From: an uncultured Actinomycetota bacterium
Lineage (GTDB): Bacteria; Actinomycetota; Actinomycetes; Streptosporangiales; Streptosporangiaceae
Reading direction: 5' to 3'
Length of the DNA: 64,000 nucleotides
Assembly: GCA_963720595.1 (NCBI GenBank)
Contig: CAVRFY010000005.1
Coordinates: 1,615,733 to 1,679,732, forward strand
The position numbers and the translations under genes were made by a program. Positions 31,778-40,843 of this stretch are shown in pieces. Each line of letters begins with the position of its first letter. Positions within the stretch are counted from its first letter, which is position 1. The notes beneath the pieces were generated by a model, which saw only the letters and a program-made list of their open reading frames with translations, made no database searches and was not told where the DNA came from.

Positions 31778-33010
31778 TCAATTGACCACGATGCCGGCGG
31801 GTTTGGCCCCAGCAGGCAGCGAGGTTGGGGAGGTGGCAAGCTCGGTCAGGTTGCCGCCGTTTACCGCAAACGCGCCGACGACGCCGATCTTGCTCTCGTC
31901 GACGTACAGGAAGCGGCCGTCGGGGCTGAGGCGTGCGTCGACGGCGCCGACCCCGCCGGTGTCGTTGACGGGGGTGCTGCCCAGCAAGGTCAGCGTGCCG
32001 CCAGCGGCGATCTGGTAACGGGAGATCTCGCCGGATCCGGTGTTCACGGTGAACAGGAACTTGCCGTCATGAGTGATCTCCACCCAGCACGGCGCGGTCT
32101 GGTCATCGGCGAACGGGGAGCCCGCGAGCGCTGTCAGCGTGCCATTGAAGGAGTCGCTGAACGCGGAGACGGTTCCCGTGCCAGCGCCGACGTTGTGCGC
32201 GTTGGACACGAAAAGCTGGCTGGGATTGGTCGGCCGGAACTCGCTGCCGAACGGGCCTAGGCCCTGGGCCGGGAAGGGCGAGCCCGGCGCAGCGGTCAGC
32301 CGCCCGCTGAAGCCGACAGCGAAGCTGTCGATCTGGGAGGTCCCTACCTCGGTGCCGACCAGTTTGGTGCCGGTGCTGTTGAACAGCACGTCAGCAGGTG
32401 CGGCGCCGGCGGCCAGCGACACGGTCGACCGCGGGATCGGACGCAATTGGCCGAAGAATCCGAGCCGGAAGCCGGTGTAGTTGCTGCCGCCGGTACCGGA
32501 GTTGGCCACGTACACGAGTTTGCCGTGGACGGCGATGCTGTCCGGCAGGACGCCGCCGGAGGAGACGAGGCCACCGGGCACGCGGCTGATCGAGCCGTCG
32601 CCGTGGATCCGCAGCACCGAGATCTGGTTGCTGCCCGCGTCAACGGCGAGCAGGAACTGGCCGTCCGGAGTGATCTGGATCGCGCCTTGGGAGGCCAGCC
32701 CGGCGCCGGTCCCAGCCCCGCCAGCCGCGAACGGGGACCCGGCCTCGGGGGTCAGCGAGCCGTCCGCGTGCCGGTCAAACGCCCCGATCGTGTTGGTCCC
32801 GGCAGTGTTGTCGTTGACATAAACGTGCCCGACCACCGGTGAGGATACGACTGATGCCGAGGCTGCAGTGGGCACCGCCACTGCCGCAGCGGCCGCCAGG
32901 CCGAGGATCAGCGCACCCAATCCGCCGTGCATCCGTGCATGCCTTCTTTCTGGTTGGACATCGCGGGCCCGTACGGCTGCTTGCTTCCGCCGACGTGACT
33001 CGAAGTTCAT
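31778..33010 (-). CDS. Secreted 7-bladed beta-propeller lactonase family protein
   Basis: ORF 31778..33244, ATG 33010. Signal-like LILGLAAAAAVAVPTAASA, then repeated blade motifs (YVANSGTGGSN, LFVSNAHN, FLYVDES). Confidence 0.7.
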   Translation of the reverse strand: MNFESRRRKQAAVRARDVQPERRHARMHGGLGALILGLAAAAAVAVPTAASASVVSSPVVGHVYVNDNTAGTNTIGAFDRHADGSLTPEAGSPFAAGGAGTGAGLASQGAIQITPDGQFLLAVDAGSNQISVLRIHGDGSISRVPGGLVSSGGVLPDSIAVHGKLVYVANSGTGGSNYTGFRLGFFGQLRPIPRSTVSLAAGAAPADVLFNSTGTKLVGTEVGTSQIDSFAVGFSGRLTAAPGSPFPAQGLGPFGSEFRPTNPSQLFVSNAHNVGAGTGTVSAFSDSFNGTLTALAGSPFADDQTAPCWVEITHDGKFLFTVNTGSGEISRYQIAAGGTLTLLGSTPVNDTGGVGAVDARLSPDGRFLYVDESKIGVVGAFAVNGGNLTELATSPTSLPAGAKPAGIVVN

Positions 33011-33143
33011 CTGCTGCCCTTTCCTCAGGCGTAGCCGGAATGGCCGGGGCCACAGCGGCGCCGCTGTTTGGTTACCTTTGGTTGGCGTTCGGGGGCAGCC
33101 ACGTCTTACGTAGGGAAGCAAAAGAACTGCCGTCGGGCGCCGC

Positions 33144-33239
33144 GGGTGCCGAGTCGTGCGGGTGCCGAGTCGTCCGGGTGCCGACCAGCCCGCCCGTCGT
33201 GCACTCCGGCCAGCCCGCGCGTCGCGCACTCCGGCCAGC
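33144..33239. repeat. Tandem repeats: 16 bp x3 then 24 bp x2
   Basis: gggtgccgagtcgtgc / gggtgccgagtcgtcc / gggtgccgaccagccc, then two ...gtcg[tc]gcactccggccagc copies. Confidence 0.85.
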
Positions 33240-33544
33240 AGCACCTCGACGGCCAGCTACCCATGGTGCTCGCCAGAGTGCCGGCCGATGTCTACGCCAG
33301 GGAACACGACATCCGGCCCGTCGACGTGGCGACTGTCAAGTAACGGAACCCGTTGACGAAGTCCTGCCATGGCGACGGATTGGACCGACAACGCGGTCGG
33401 CGGCTTGCCGGCCTGGGTGCCGAGACAAATGATCGGCTGTCCGGCGTCGAAGGCCGCGATGGCATGGAAGATCGGGGCGCTGGAACGCGGATGCCGCCTG
33501 CCGGGCTGGTTTCGCCGGCAGGAGCCGCAGCGGCGAGCCGGTTA

Positions 33545-33763
33545 CTAGCCTTCGTCGGATACTGCGGCCAGCAGCCCCTCGAAGTCCTCACCGCAGGGGC
33601 CGCACGCTCGCAAGTGCGCCGCGATGCCGGGGTACCGCTGCTCCGCCGGGGCGCCGGTGGCGGCGAGCTCGGCATAGACATGGAGCATCTGCATCGCCTC
33701 CTCGCAGCCCACGTCGCGCGGATCAGTCCGCAAGAACCTGTCCAGCGCCGACCAGCCGTTCAT
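33545..33763 (-). CDS. Small zinc-binding (ZAS-type, HxxxCxxC) anti-sigma factor
   Basis: 72 aa. GCEEAM early in the sequence, and HLRACGPCGEDF carries the H-x3-C-x2-C signature. Confidence 0.6.
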   Translation of the reverse strand: MNGWSALDRFLRTDPRDVGCEEAMQMLHVYAELAATGAPAEQRYPGIAAHLRACGPCGEDFEGLLAAVSDEG

Positions 33764-33995
33764 AAGCGCCTCGAAAAGTCATCAGGTAGATATCGGTTAG
33801 CGGCCAGAGCAGCGCGCAACTTACGCCGCGTCGAACAACATCTTGTAGATCGCATTGCGGCTGGAAGCCTGCGCAAGGACCAGCGTATCCAGCGGGACAT
33901 CGTTGAGCACGATCGCGACGAACACTTCACGCCGGCGTGGGGGTGAGCTCGGTAGCCACGGCCGGGCGCACGGTGGTGCGCACAGAAGAGTCATC
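33764..33995 (-). pseudogene. ECF sigma factor remnant (region 4 only, at least 2 frameshifts, 5' truncated)
   Basis: My own translation of the minus strand gives VATELTPTPA(stop) / RREVFVAIVLNDVPLDTLVLAQASSRNAIYKMLFDAA(stop) / KLRAALAANRYLPDDFSRRL in three successive frames, ending at the anti-sigma ATG. No regions 2-3 upstream. Confidence 0.6.
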
Positions 33996-34090
33996 GCCTG
34001 TTCATCTGGCCTTTTCTCTCCTTTTGTTCTCCTGGTGGGTTAATCACAGTTGGCTGTGCCGGGCTGGATCCCATGCATGCTGGAGGAAAA

Positions 34091-35356
34091 ATGCGCAAAC
34101 GTCCCCTGCTGGCGCTCGTTGCGGCTGGGCTGCTTCTATCGGCGGTTCCTGCCGGATCCGCGCTCGCCTCGCCCGGAGGCGGCCGCGGCCCGCTGACGGT
34201 CGCGGTCTACGGTGATTCACCGTACGGCGTAGCCGCCTATGCGCCGGGCGGCCAATCTGGTGACACCGCGGAACTGCAGAAGAGCCCCGCATTCATCAGC
34301 ACGATCAACGCCAATCCGTCGATCAGCGAGGTGATCCATGTCGGCGACATCCACTCAGGCAAGGACTTCTGCACCGAGGCGTACGACAACCAGATCGCGT
34401 CGCTCTGGCAGCAGTACAGCAAGCCGCTTGTCTACACCCCTGGGGACAACGAGTGGTCCGACTGTCACAAGGCCACGAGCCTGACCAAGCCAGGTGAGGG
34501 CGGCGGGTTCTACGCTGCCGGCGTCCTGAACTACATCGGAACGTCGGGCCTGACGACCGACCCGTCGATGTGCGCCGACTACCAGTGCGGGAACCCGCTC
34601 GACAACCTCGCGAAGGTCCGCCAGCTGTTCTTCTCCCAGCCTGGCCACACGCTCGGCAGCGGAGCCTTGAACGTGGTGTCACAGGCCACCGCCTATGACC
34701 CGAACCACCCGACGGACGCACAGTATGTCGAGAACGTGATGTGGTCGCAGCGGGACATCGTGTTTGTGACCATCAACGTCCCCGGCGGGTCGAACAATGA
34801 CGCCGACATCTGGTATGGCGCTCCTTCCGCGTCGCAGGCACAGATCGACGAGCGGGCCAACCGGACGGGCGCGGACATTCGCTGGCTCGACGCGGCGTTC
34901 GCCCGGGCAGCCGACCAGCACGCCAAGGGCGTCGTCATCGTCACCCAGGCGGATATGTGGGACCTCGACGGCAAGACGCCGGCTCACCTGACCAACTACG
35001 AGCCGATCATCAGCGATATAGCGTCGCGGACGACTGCCTACGCCCGCCCGGTACTGCTGTTCAACGGCGACTCGCACCTCTACCGTTCCGACAACCCGCT
35101 CTCGCCGACCGCACCGTGCGTCGGTGAGACCGATCCCGCCACCGGGATGTCGGTGTGCGCACACGACCCGAACAGCACCGCGTGGAGCGAGCACCCCTTC
35201 TACAACGTGCCCAACTTCCACCGCGTCGTCGTGCATGGCAGCACATTCCCGCTCGAATGGTTGAAGCTGACCATTGACCCCGACGCCCACTACAAGACCA
35301 CCGCCACGACCTTCGGCCCATTCGCCTGGCAACGAATGCCGCAGCCTCAGCTGTAA
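34091..35356 (+). CDS. Secreted calcineurin-like metallophosphoesterase
   Basis: Signal peptide MRKRPLLALVAAGLLLSAVPAGSALA. Motifs VYGDSPYG, HVGDIHSG, TPGDNEWSDC. Confidence 0.7.
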   Translation: MRKRPLLALVAAGLLLSAVPAGSALASPGGGRGPLTVAVYGDSPYGVAAYAPGGQSGDTAELQKSPAFISTINANPSISEVIHVGDIHSGKDFCTEAYDNQIASLWQQYSKPLVYTPGDNEWSDCHKATSLTKPGEGGGFYAAGVLNYIGTSGLTTDPSMCADYQCGNPLDNLAKVRQLFFSQPGHTLGSGALNVVSQATAYDPNHPTDAQYVENVMWSQRDIVFVTINVPGGSNNDADIWYGAPSASQAQIDERANRTGADIRWLDAAFARAADQHAKGVVIVTQADMWDLDGKTPAHLTNYEPIISDIASRTTAYARPVLLFNGDSHLYRSDNPLSPTAPCVGETDPATGMSVCAHDPNSTAWSEHPFYNVPNFHRVVVHGSTFPLEWLKLTIDPDAHYKTTATTFGPFAWQRMPQPQL

Positions 35357-35400
35357 CCGGCCGGGCCTGCCCAGGTCCGGCTGGCTGGTCGGCGGGGTCC

Positions 35401-35553
35401 TTCGCCAGACGAGGGATCCCGCCGACCGCCGGCTGGATGGTCGAGCAGGTACTCAAGGCACACCCGGCTGTGCTCGACGCTCTGGTGGCCGGCGTGCCTG
35501 ACGAGCGGTTCGGCGAGCGCGTCGCCGCCGAGGTCGAACTGCGCCCAGGCGCC
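35401..35553 (+). pseudogene. C-terminal fragment of an AMP-dependent acyl-CoA synthetase/ligase
   Basis: VEQVLKAHPAVLDALVAGVPDERFGERVAAEVELRPGA is the conserved extreme C-terminal block of adenylate-forming enzymes. No upstream body. Confidence 0.6.
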
Positions 35554-35559
35554 GGGCGC

Positions 35560-35651
35560 GCGCCCGTATGCCGGGCCAGCTGCACCAGGATCGTGCCAAC
35601 GCCGCCGCTAGCGCCCAGCACGAGAACCGTCTGCCCGGCCCGCACCTCCAA
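35560..35651 (-). pseudogene. Fragment of an MDR-family (quinone oxidoreductase-like) dehydrogenase
   Basis: EVRAGQTVLVLGASGGVGTILVQLARHTGA is the NAD(P)-binding Rossmann segment. It abuts the ligase fragment. Confidence 0.5.
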
Positions 35652-35723
35652 ACGCCATGAAAGCCGGCAGGGACTGGCGCCAGATCGAAGCTCCTAGGAC
35701 GGACGGTGATGACAACCTTGGCC

Positions 35724-36086
35724 TCAGCCTTGCGCAGGCGCGGCAGGAAAATGCCGTCGTGCCTGCAGGTCTCCGCAGACGAAGGTGAGCGCCAGTACGG
35801 CCGCGCTCAAAGAGTCCCGCTTTCCGATGGAACGAAAGCTTGCGAGGCTGGCGACGGCGTCGAGCGAATCACTCGCCAATGCTGTTGCCGTCCAGCGGCG
35901 GAGATCTGCCATGTCACCTGATCTTGCTGCGGCAACGGTGCCCAGGCCCAGGACAAGGTCTCGAATGCCGATCGTTCGCATGAGCAGCAAATCGGCGCCG
36001 GCGGCCTCATGCTGGCCGGCGAGCCGCATCGGTGCTCCCGGTGCCGCAATGAGAGCGAGACCGACTGCGGTTCGGAGCCATCCCAT
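35724..36086 (-). CDS. Hypothetical membrane protein
   Basis: ORF 35724..36266, ATG 36086 (MGWLRTAVGLALIAAPG). Three or four hydrophobic helices. Confidence 0.45.
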   Translation of the reverse strand: MGWLRTAVGLALIAAPGAPMRLAGQHEAAGADLLLMRTIGIRDLVLGLGTVAAARSGDMADLRRWTATALASDSLDAVASLASFRSIGKRDSLSAAVLALTFVCGDLQARRHFPAAPAQG

Positions 36087-36324
36087 TGTCTCGGATCCCG
36101 TGATCGACACAGTCGCAGCGTAGTTCACGTACGTATCGCTCTGTCGGATACGGGCTCCGTGGCAGCCATAACGATCCATCTGGGGTGAGCGGGCAATCAG
36201 CCACGTCTGATCACCAGGCCGCTCCCGGCCACCAGCTTGCGGAATTCTGGACATGCAAGACCGCATTTTGCGGCTGCTCGTGGCCAGCAGATCGATTAGG
36301 CGCTTAGTTGTGCTGAGCCGATCT

Positions 36325-36792
36325 TTAGGGTCCCGCGCACAGATCGTTCAGTTCGGAGCATGTCTGCACCGATACGGCCAAGGGCTCCCGTCTAGATGAC
36401 ACTCGGCTATTGATCAAGGGCCTCCGCTTGCGGCAGATGCGCGCGTTGGCGGCGTGGATCCCGTAGGCCAGGTCGATGCCGACGTGCGGCCCTGCGTGGA
36501 TGACGATGGCCAACTCGGCTGCGGGGACGTCGAGCGCGGTGACCCGGCCCATGGGCTGCGGGGGCGCCTGGCAGGGGAGGAAGATCGTCGCCTCGCCGCG
36601 CTCGTCGGTGACGATCTCGGTCTGGTAGATGCCGCCGCCAGGGCCAGTGGCGGTGATGTGCTGGGCAGCCAGGGTGGCGTGCAGTTCCCCCCGTGTGCCC
36701 CCTGGTACCAGGCGAGGGCGTGGGCGACGTATACGGCCGGGGGCTGACAGGACCGCGTTGATCTCCTCCAGCGGGAGTGTCATGCCTCCCAT
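36325..36792 (-). pseudogene. GyrI-like effector-binding domain fragment (MerR-family C-terminal domain), lacks an HTH
   Basis: GPGGGIYQTEIVTDERGEATIFLP and ALDVPAAELAIVIHAGPHVGIDLAYG match the GyrI-like domain. There is no MerR HTH upstream, and the C-terminal tail reads as nonsense. Confidence 0.4.
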
Positions 36793-36911
36793 GATGGGAG
36801 AGTCAAGCCGACCCTGGCGGCTTGACTCTCCCGCCGGGGGAGGACCCACGCTGGCTTCATCGGCCGAGAACGCCGACCGCACGGAACCGACACGCAAGGG
36901 AGTCACCACTG

Positions 36912-37289
36912 ATGACCAGCGATGCCAGTGCAATCGCCGTGCTGCCACACATCGTGGCCGAGCACATCAACGCGGTCAACGCCTTCGACAGCGACCGGAT
37001 CGTGAACACCTTCGCCGCCGACGCCTACGTCAACGACAACCGTCGCGAGATCTGGGGCACCGACGCCATCCGCGCCTTCATGGTCAAGGAATTCGTCGGC
37101 GACCAGGTGACCATGGACGTCCGCGAAGTCGTCGACCACCACGGGGACATCATCGTCCGGGCTAAGTACGACGGCACCTACGACAAGACCAACCTCCCCG
37201 ACGAGCTGATCATGACCAGCTACTTCGGCATCCGCGACGGCAAGATCATCAGCCTCGCGGTCATCTTCAACCAGCCCTCCCCGTACTGA
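36912..37289 (+). CDS. SnoaL-like / NTF2-fold protein
   Basis: 125 aa. HINAVNAFDSDRIVNTFAADAYVND followed later by IRDGKIISL is typical SnoaL-like. Confidence 0.6.
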   Translation: MTSDASAIAVLPHIVAEHINAVNAFDSDRIVNTFAADAYVNDNRREIWGTDAIRAFMVKEFVGDQVTMDVREVVDHHGDIIVRAKYDGTYDKTNLPDELIMTSYFGIRDGKIISLAVIFNQPSPY

Positions 37290-37561
37290 GCCGGGACGGG
37301 ACCGGCCGGGGGCCTGCTCCGCCTCGGCCTGCACCTCACCGCGCCGCGCAGCACGACTAGTTCGGCAGCGAACAGGCCGCGCGCTGGGACCCCCGAAGGT
37401 GGTGAATTCGAACCCGGAACTCTTTCCACTGCTCGCGTCCTGAGTCCCGGTCGCGGCCTTGGCGCAGGCGGTGGGCTCGCCGCACCTCCGCGGGCGCTCT
37501 TCCTGACCGTGAGGAGTTCCGGACGGCAGCCGCTAACAGTAGACCGGGTAACAAACAAGAC

Positions 37562-37618
37562 TGGTGTTCAAAAGTTGCTTTACGAACACCTTGTGTGTTC
37601 GTTCCGGTTGGTGTTCAA
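37562..37618. promoter_or_regulatory. Candidate operator: four GTGTTC(A/G) half-sites upstream of the DeoR gene
   Basis: TGGTGTTCAA at 37562-71 and 37609-18 (10-bp direct repeat), an inverted copy cgaacacc at 37583-90, and gtgttcg at 37595-601. The cluster ends 8 nt before the ATG. Confidence 0.4.
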
Positions 37619-37625
37619 TCGCGGC

Positions 37626-38387
37626 ATGAGCAACGCAGACCGGCACCGACTGATCGCCCAGGCTGTGAAGAACTCGGGCAGTGCCACCGTCCCGGAACTA
37701 GCCGAGTTGACCGGCGCCTCGGAGATGACCATCCGGCGCGATCTGGGCACCCTCGCCGCCCAAGGCGTCCTCGAACGATTCCGCGGCGGGGCTCGCACCC
37801 TGCTGCTGCGGGGCGAGGAGCCGCCCTTCGCGCTGCGCGCCCACGAGGCTGTCGACGCCAAGCGCCGGATCGCCGCCGAGGTCTCCCGGCTCATCGCCGA
37901 CGGCGAGACCGTCCTGCTCGACAGCGGCACCACCTGCCTGGAGGTCGCCCGCTTGCTGCACGGCCGGCAGGTCACCGTGATGCCCCTGTCGCTGCAGGCG
38001 ATCCAGACACTCAGCGACGCCCCCGCCCCGACAACTCTCATCGTGCCGGGCGGACGGCCCCGCAACGGTGAGGGCGCCCTGACCGGCCCCCTCACCCTCG
38101 CCTCTCTCGCAGCACTGCGCTTCGACACCGCGATCGTCGGCTGCTGCGGCCTGAGCGCCGCCGAGGGCCTGACCGCCTATGACCTCGACGACGCGGCGGT
38201 GAAGAAGGCGATCATCGCCTCCACGCGCCGCATCATCGCCGCCGCCGACGGCAGCAAACTCGGCCGCACCGCCCACGCCCACGTCGGCCCCTCCACCATC
38301 GTGAACACCCTCGTCACCGACACCACCGCGCCCGCCGACGAAATAGCAGCGCTCGAAGGAACCGGCACCGTCGTCAAAACCGCCTAG
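37626..38387 (+). CDS. DeoR/GlpR family transcriptional regulator
   Basis: HTH VPELAELTGASEMTIRRDL plus a DeoR C-terminal sensor domain. ATG 37626. Confidence 0.85.
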   Translation: MSNADRHRLIAQAVKNSGSATVPELAELTGASEMTIRRDLGTLAAQGVLERFRGGARTLLLRGEEPPFALRAHEAVDAKRRIAAEVSRLIADGETVLLDSGTTCLEVARLLHGRQVTVMPLSLQAIQTLSDAPAPTTLIVPGGRPRNGEGALTGPLTLASLAALRFDTAIVGCCGLSAAEGLTAYDLDDAAVKKAIIASTRRIIAAADGSKLGRTAHAHVGPSTIVNTLVTDTTAPADEIAALEGTGTVVKTA

Positions 38388-38405
38388 ATTCGAGGGGTCT
38401 CCTCC

Positions 38406-39656
38406 ATGCCATCCGCGCTCGCCGCTGCTGAGGTTGCGACCACCCCGTCCGCGGCGCGCTCGGTCTGGGCCTCGCCGCTCTACCGCGGAGCGACCGTCGC
38501 GCTGTTCCTCTCTGGGCTGGGGACGTCCGCCGCCGCCCCGCAGATCACCCTGTTCCTGGTCAACGACCTGCACGTCTCGCTGACCACGGCCGGGCTGTTC
38601 TACCTCACCAACATCACCGCCCCGCTCGCCGGCTACCTGATCGGCGCACGCTCGGACCGCTCCGGAAAGCGGCTCGGGTTGTTCCGGTGGTGTGCCCTGG
38701 CGGGATTCCTCGGGTGGATCGCGATGGCCTTGGCCGATCAGGTGTGGATGCCCTTCGTGATCAGTGCCGTCGTCCTGGCCTTCTCGGGCGCCGCCGGCTC
38801 GCAGCTGTTCGCCGCGGTCCACGACGACCTGCAAACAACCGCGAACCCCGTGGCCGACGGGGTCGTCTCCATCGTACGGATGGCCATGACGGCCGGATGG
38901 GTCGTCGGCCCGGTCCTGGGCTCAATCCTGGCGACTGCCGCCGGCTCGCGCGTGATGCTCGCGGCGACCGGGTCGTGCGCCCTCGCGCAGATCGTCCCTG
39001 TGGGCTTCGCGCGCACCGGCTCGGCTCAGCCCGGCGCGCACACCCCGTCCGGGTCCGAAGTGCAGGCCGAGCGCCTCGCGCAGCGCCCGAAACGCCGGGA
39101 GATGCTGCCGCTGCTCGCGTTCACCGGACTGTACGTCTTCGTCTATGCGGGTGAGCCGATCAAATACGGCTACCTGCCGATCTACATGCGCTACGACATG
39201 CATCTGCCGACGGCGGTCAGCGGCGCGGTCATCGGCATCCAACCTCTGATGGAGCTGATCCTGATGCCCGTGGCCGTGGTCGTCGCCCGCCGTATCGGCA
39301 TGATGCACCTGATGATCCTCGGCGCGACTTTCGGCGTCGGCGCAAATCTCTGCTTCGCTCTGACCGGCGACGCCGCCGGAATGTTCGCCGGGCAGATCCT
39401 CATGGGCGGGGTATGGGGTGTGTTCGCGGCCCTGGGCATCATCGTCGCCCAACGACTGCTGCCCCAAGCCGTCGCGACCGCCTCAGCCGTCTTCATGAGC
39501 TCCACGGCGATCGCCAGCGCCCTCGGAGGGCTGACCGGCAGCCTCGGCGTCAGCGTTCTCGGCCTGCCGCATGTCTTCCTCGCCCCGGCTCTCTACGGAC
39601 TCATCGCCACCAGCGGGATCGCGGTCATGAGCCGCTCCCGGTTCTCCGTGCTCTAG
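38406..39656 (+). CDS. MFS transporter (sugar-efflux-like)
   Basis: About 12 hydrophobic helices. The SDRSGKR loop motif lies between TM2 and TM3. Confidence 0.8.
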   Translation: MPSALAAAEVATTPSAARSVWASPLYRGATVALFLSGLGTSAAAPQITLFLVNDLHVSLTTAGLFYLTNITAPLAGYLIGARSDRSGKRLGLFRWCALAGFLGWIAMALADQVWMPFVISAVVLAFSGAAGSQLFAAVHDDLQTTANPVADGVVSIVRMAMTAGWVVGPVLGSILATAAGSRVMLAATGSCALAQIVPVGFARTGSAQPGAHTPSGSEVQAERLAQRPKRREMLPLLAFTGLYVFVYAGEPIKYGYLPIYMRYDMHLPTAVSGAVIGIQPLMELILMPVAVVVARRIGMMHLMILGATFGVGANLCFALTGDAAGMFAGQILMGGVWGVFAALGIIVAQRLLPQAVATASAVFMSSTAIASALGGLTGSLGVSVLGLPHVFLAPALYGLIATSGIAVMSRSRFSVL

Positions 39657-40074
39657 CCCGAACGTCCAGGCGATCACCGAGACGACCGCCTCGTCCGGGC
39701 GGCCCAGCGCGCCGAACCCGAGCCCTTGTCGTAGAGCGCCTTGGCCACTTGCCCGCGCAGGGGCAGCTCGCGGCTGCACCGACCGGTCAACGAGCCGGTC
39801 GAGCAGCTGGGCGGCGTGACCGAACGCTACCAGGCGACCGGCCGGATACTGGACTATTGCCTGCACACCACCCACGCTGCCGCCTGCATCGTGAACCCGG
39901 CCGCGGGCCGCGGGCGGCCGAGCCGACACCGCCTGGGATCACCTTCACCAGGCCATGACCTGTTCGGCCAGCTAGCAGACGTCGTCAAACTAGGCCGCGG
40001 GCCGGTTCGATATATCAGCAACGGTCATAGTTCCGGGACGGGCGGTTACGGGATTTCGATGGTATCGTTTTCCC

Positions 40075-40311
40075 ATGGAAGCAGTCATCGATCAGGCCGG
40101 CCGGGTTGTGCTGCCCAAGCCCATCCGCGATGCGCTTGGCCTGCTGCCCGGCACCAAGGTTGACATCACGGCATATGGCGCCGGCGCGCAGCTCCTGCCT
40201 GCTGGCCGGACCGCGCGCTTGGTCGAGGAGGACGGCGTGCTCGTCGCGGACGCCGAGACCCCGGTCGATGACGACACGGTATTCGCCCTCATCGATGCGG
40301 GCCGCAAGTGA
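40075..40311 (+). CDS. vapB: AbrB/SpoVT-fold antitoxin (VapB-type)
   Basis: [25 protein letters not shown] is the swapped-hairpin AbrB motif. 78 aa. The stop overlaps the toxin start. Confidence 0.8.
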   Translation: MEAVIDQAGRVVLPKPIRDALGLLPGTKVDITAYGAGAQLLPAGRTARLVEEDGVLVADAETPVDDDTVFALIDAGRK

Positions 40312-40715
40312 CGGTCGCGGTCGACACTAGCGTCGCCATACCGCTGCTTGTCCGCTCACATCACCATCATGCTGGCGTGGTGCGATGGTGGGGCGGGCAG
40401 GAGGTCGCGCTCAGCGGTCACGCCCTCGCCGAGACGTACTCGGTGCTCACCAGGCTGCCAGGCGACGCGCGGCTGGCGCCAGCCGACGCCGCCCGGCTGC
40501 TGAATGAGCGCTTCGCTGCGCCGTTCATGCTGAGCAGGCCGCTTGCCCGTAAGCTGCCGGAAACTCTCAGCCGCTTGGGCATCGCAGGTGGTGCAGTTTA
40601 CGATGCGCTGGTGGCGCTGGCCGCCAAAGAGCACGGGGCCGCCCTCGCAACTCGGGATGCGCGGGCACGCGGCACCTACGATGCCGTCGGCGTCACGGTA
40701 ATCGCGGTCACCTGA
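40308..40715 (+). CDS. vapC: PIN-domain toxin (VapC-type)
   Basis: N-terminal VDTSVAI (first acidic residue), [10 protein letters not shown], and [26 protein letters not shown] overlap with vapB. Confidence 0.8.
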   Translation: MTVAVDTSVAIPLLVRSHHHHAGVVRWWGGQEVALSGHALAETYSVLTRLPGDARLAPADAARLLNERFAAPFMLSRPLARKLPETLSRLGIAGGAVYDALVALAAKEHGAALATRDARARGTYDAVGVTVIAVT

Positions 40716-40843
40716 TCGCAGGGGGCATCGTCGCGGACCGACGTCCGTCCGCAATCCGACGATGCGTGCCTCGCACTCACGGCGGTTCACTACAGTCTCG
40801 CTAGAAGAATGGCGGCTTCCGCGGATACGGGAGGACCAAGGCC

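Noticed and set aside
31527-32018. ORFs reading through the tRNA genes (31527..32018 and 54876..55667)
   Set aside because: They begin or run inside a tRNA-Lys cloverleaf (AEQRTLNPRVRGSSPWRRT is the tRNA translated).
39660-40070. TPR-like scrap (..LPLRGQVAKALYDKG..LGALGRPDEAV..) on the minus strand
   Set aside because: The resemblance is to a generic TPR consensus over about 30 residues split between frames, which is not enough evidence.
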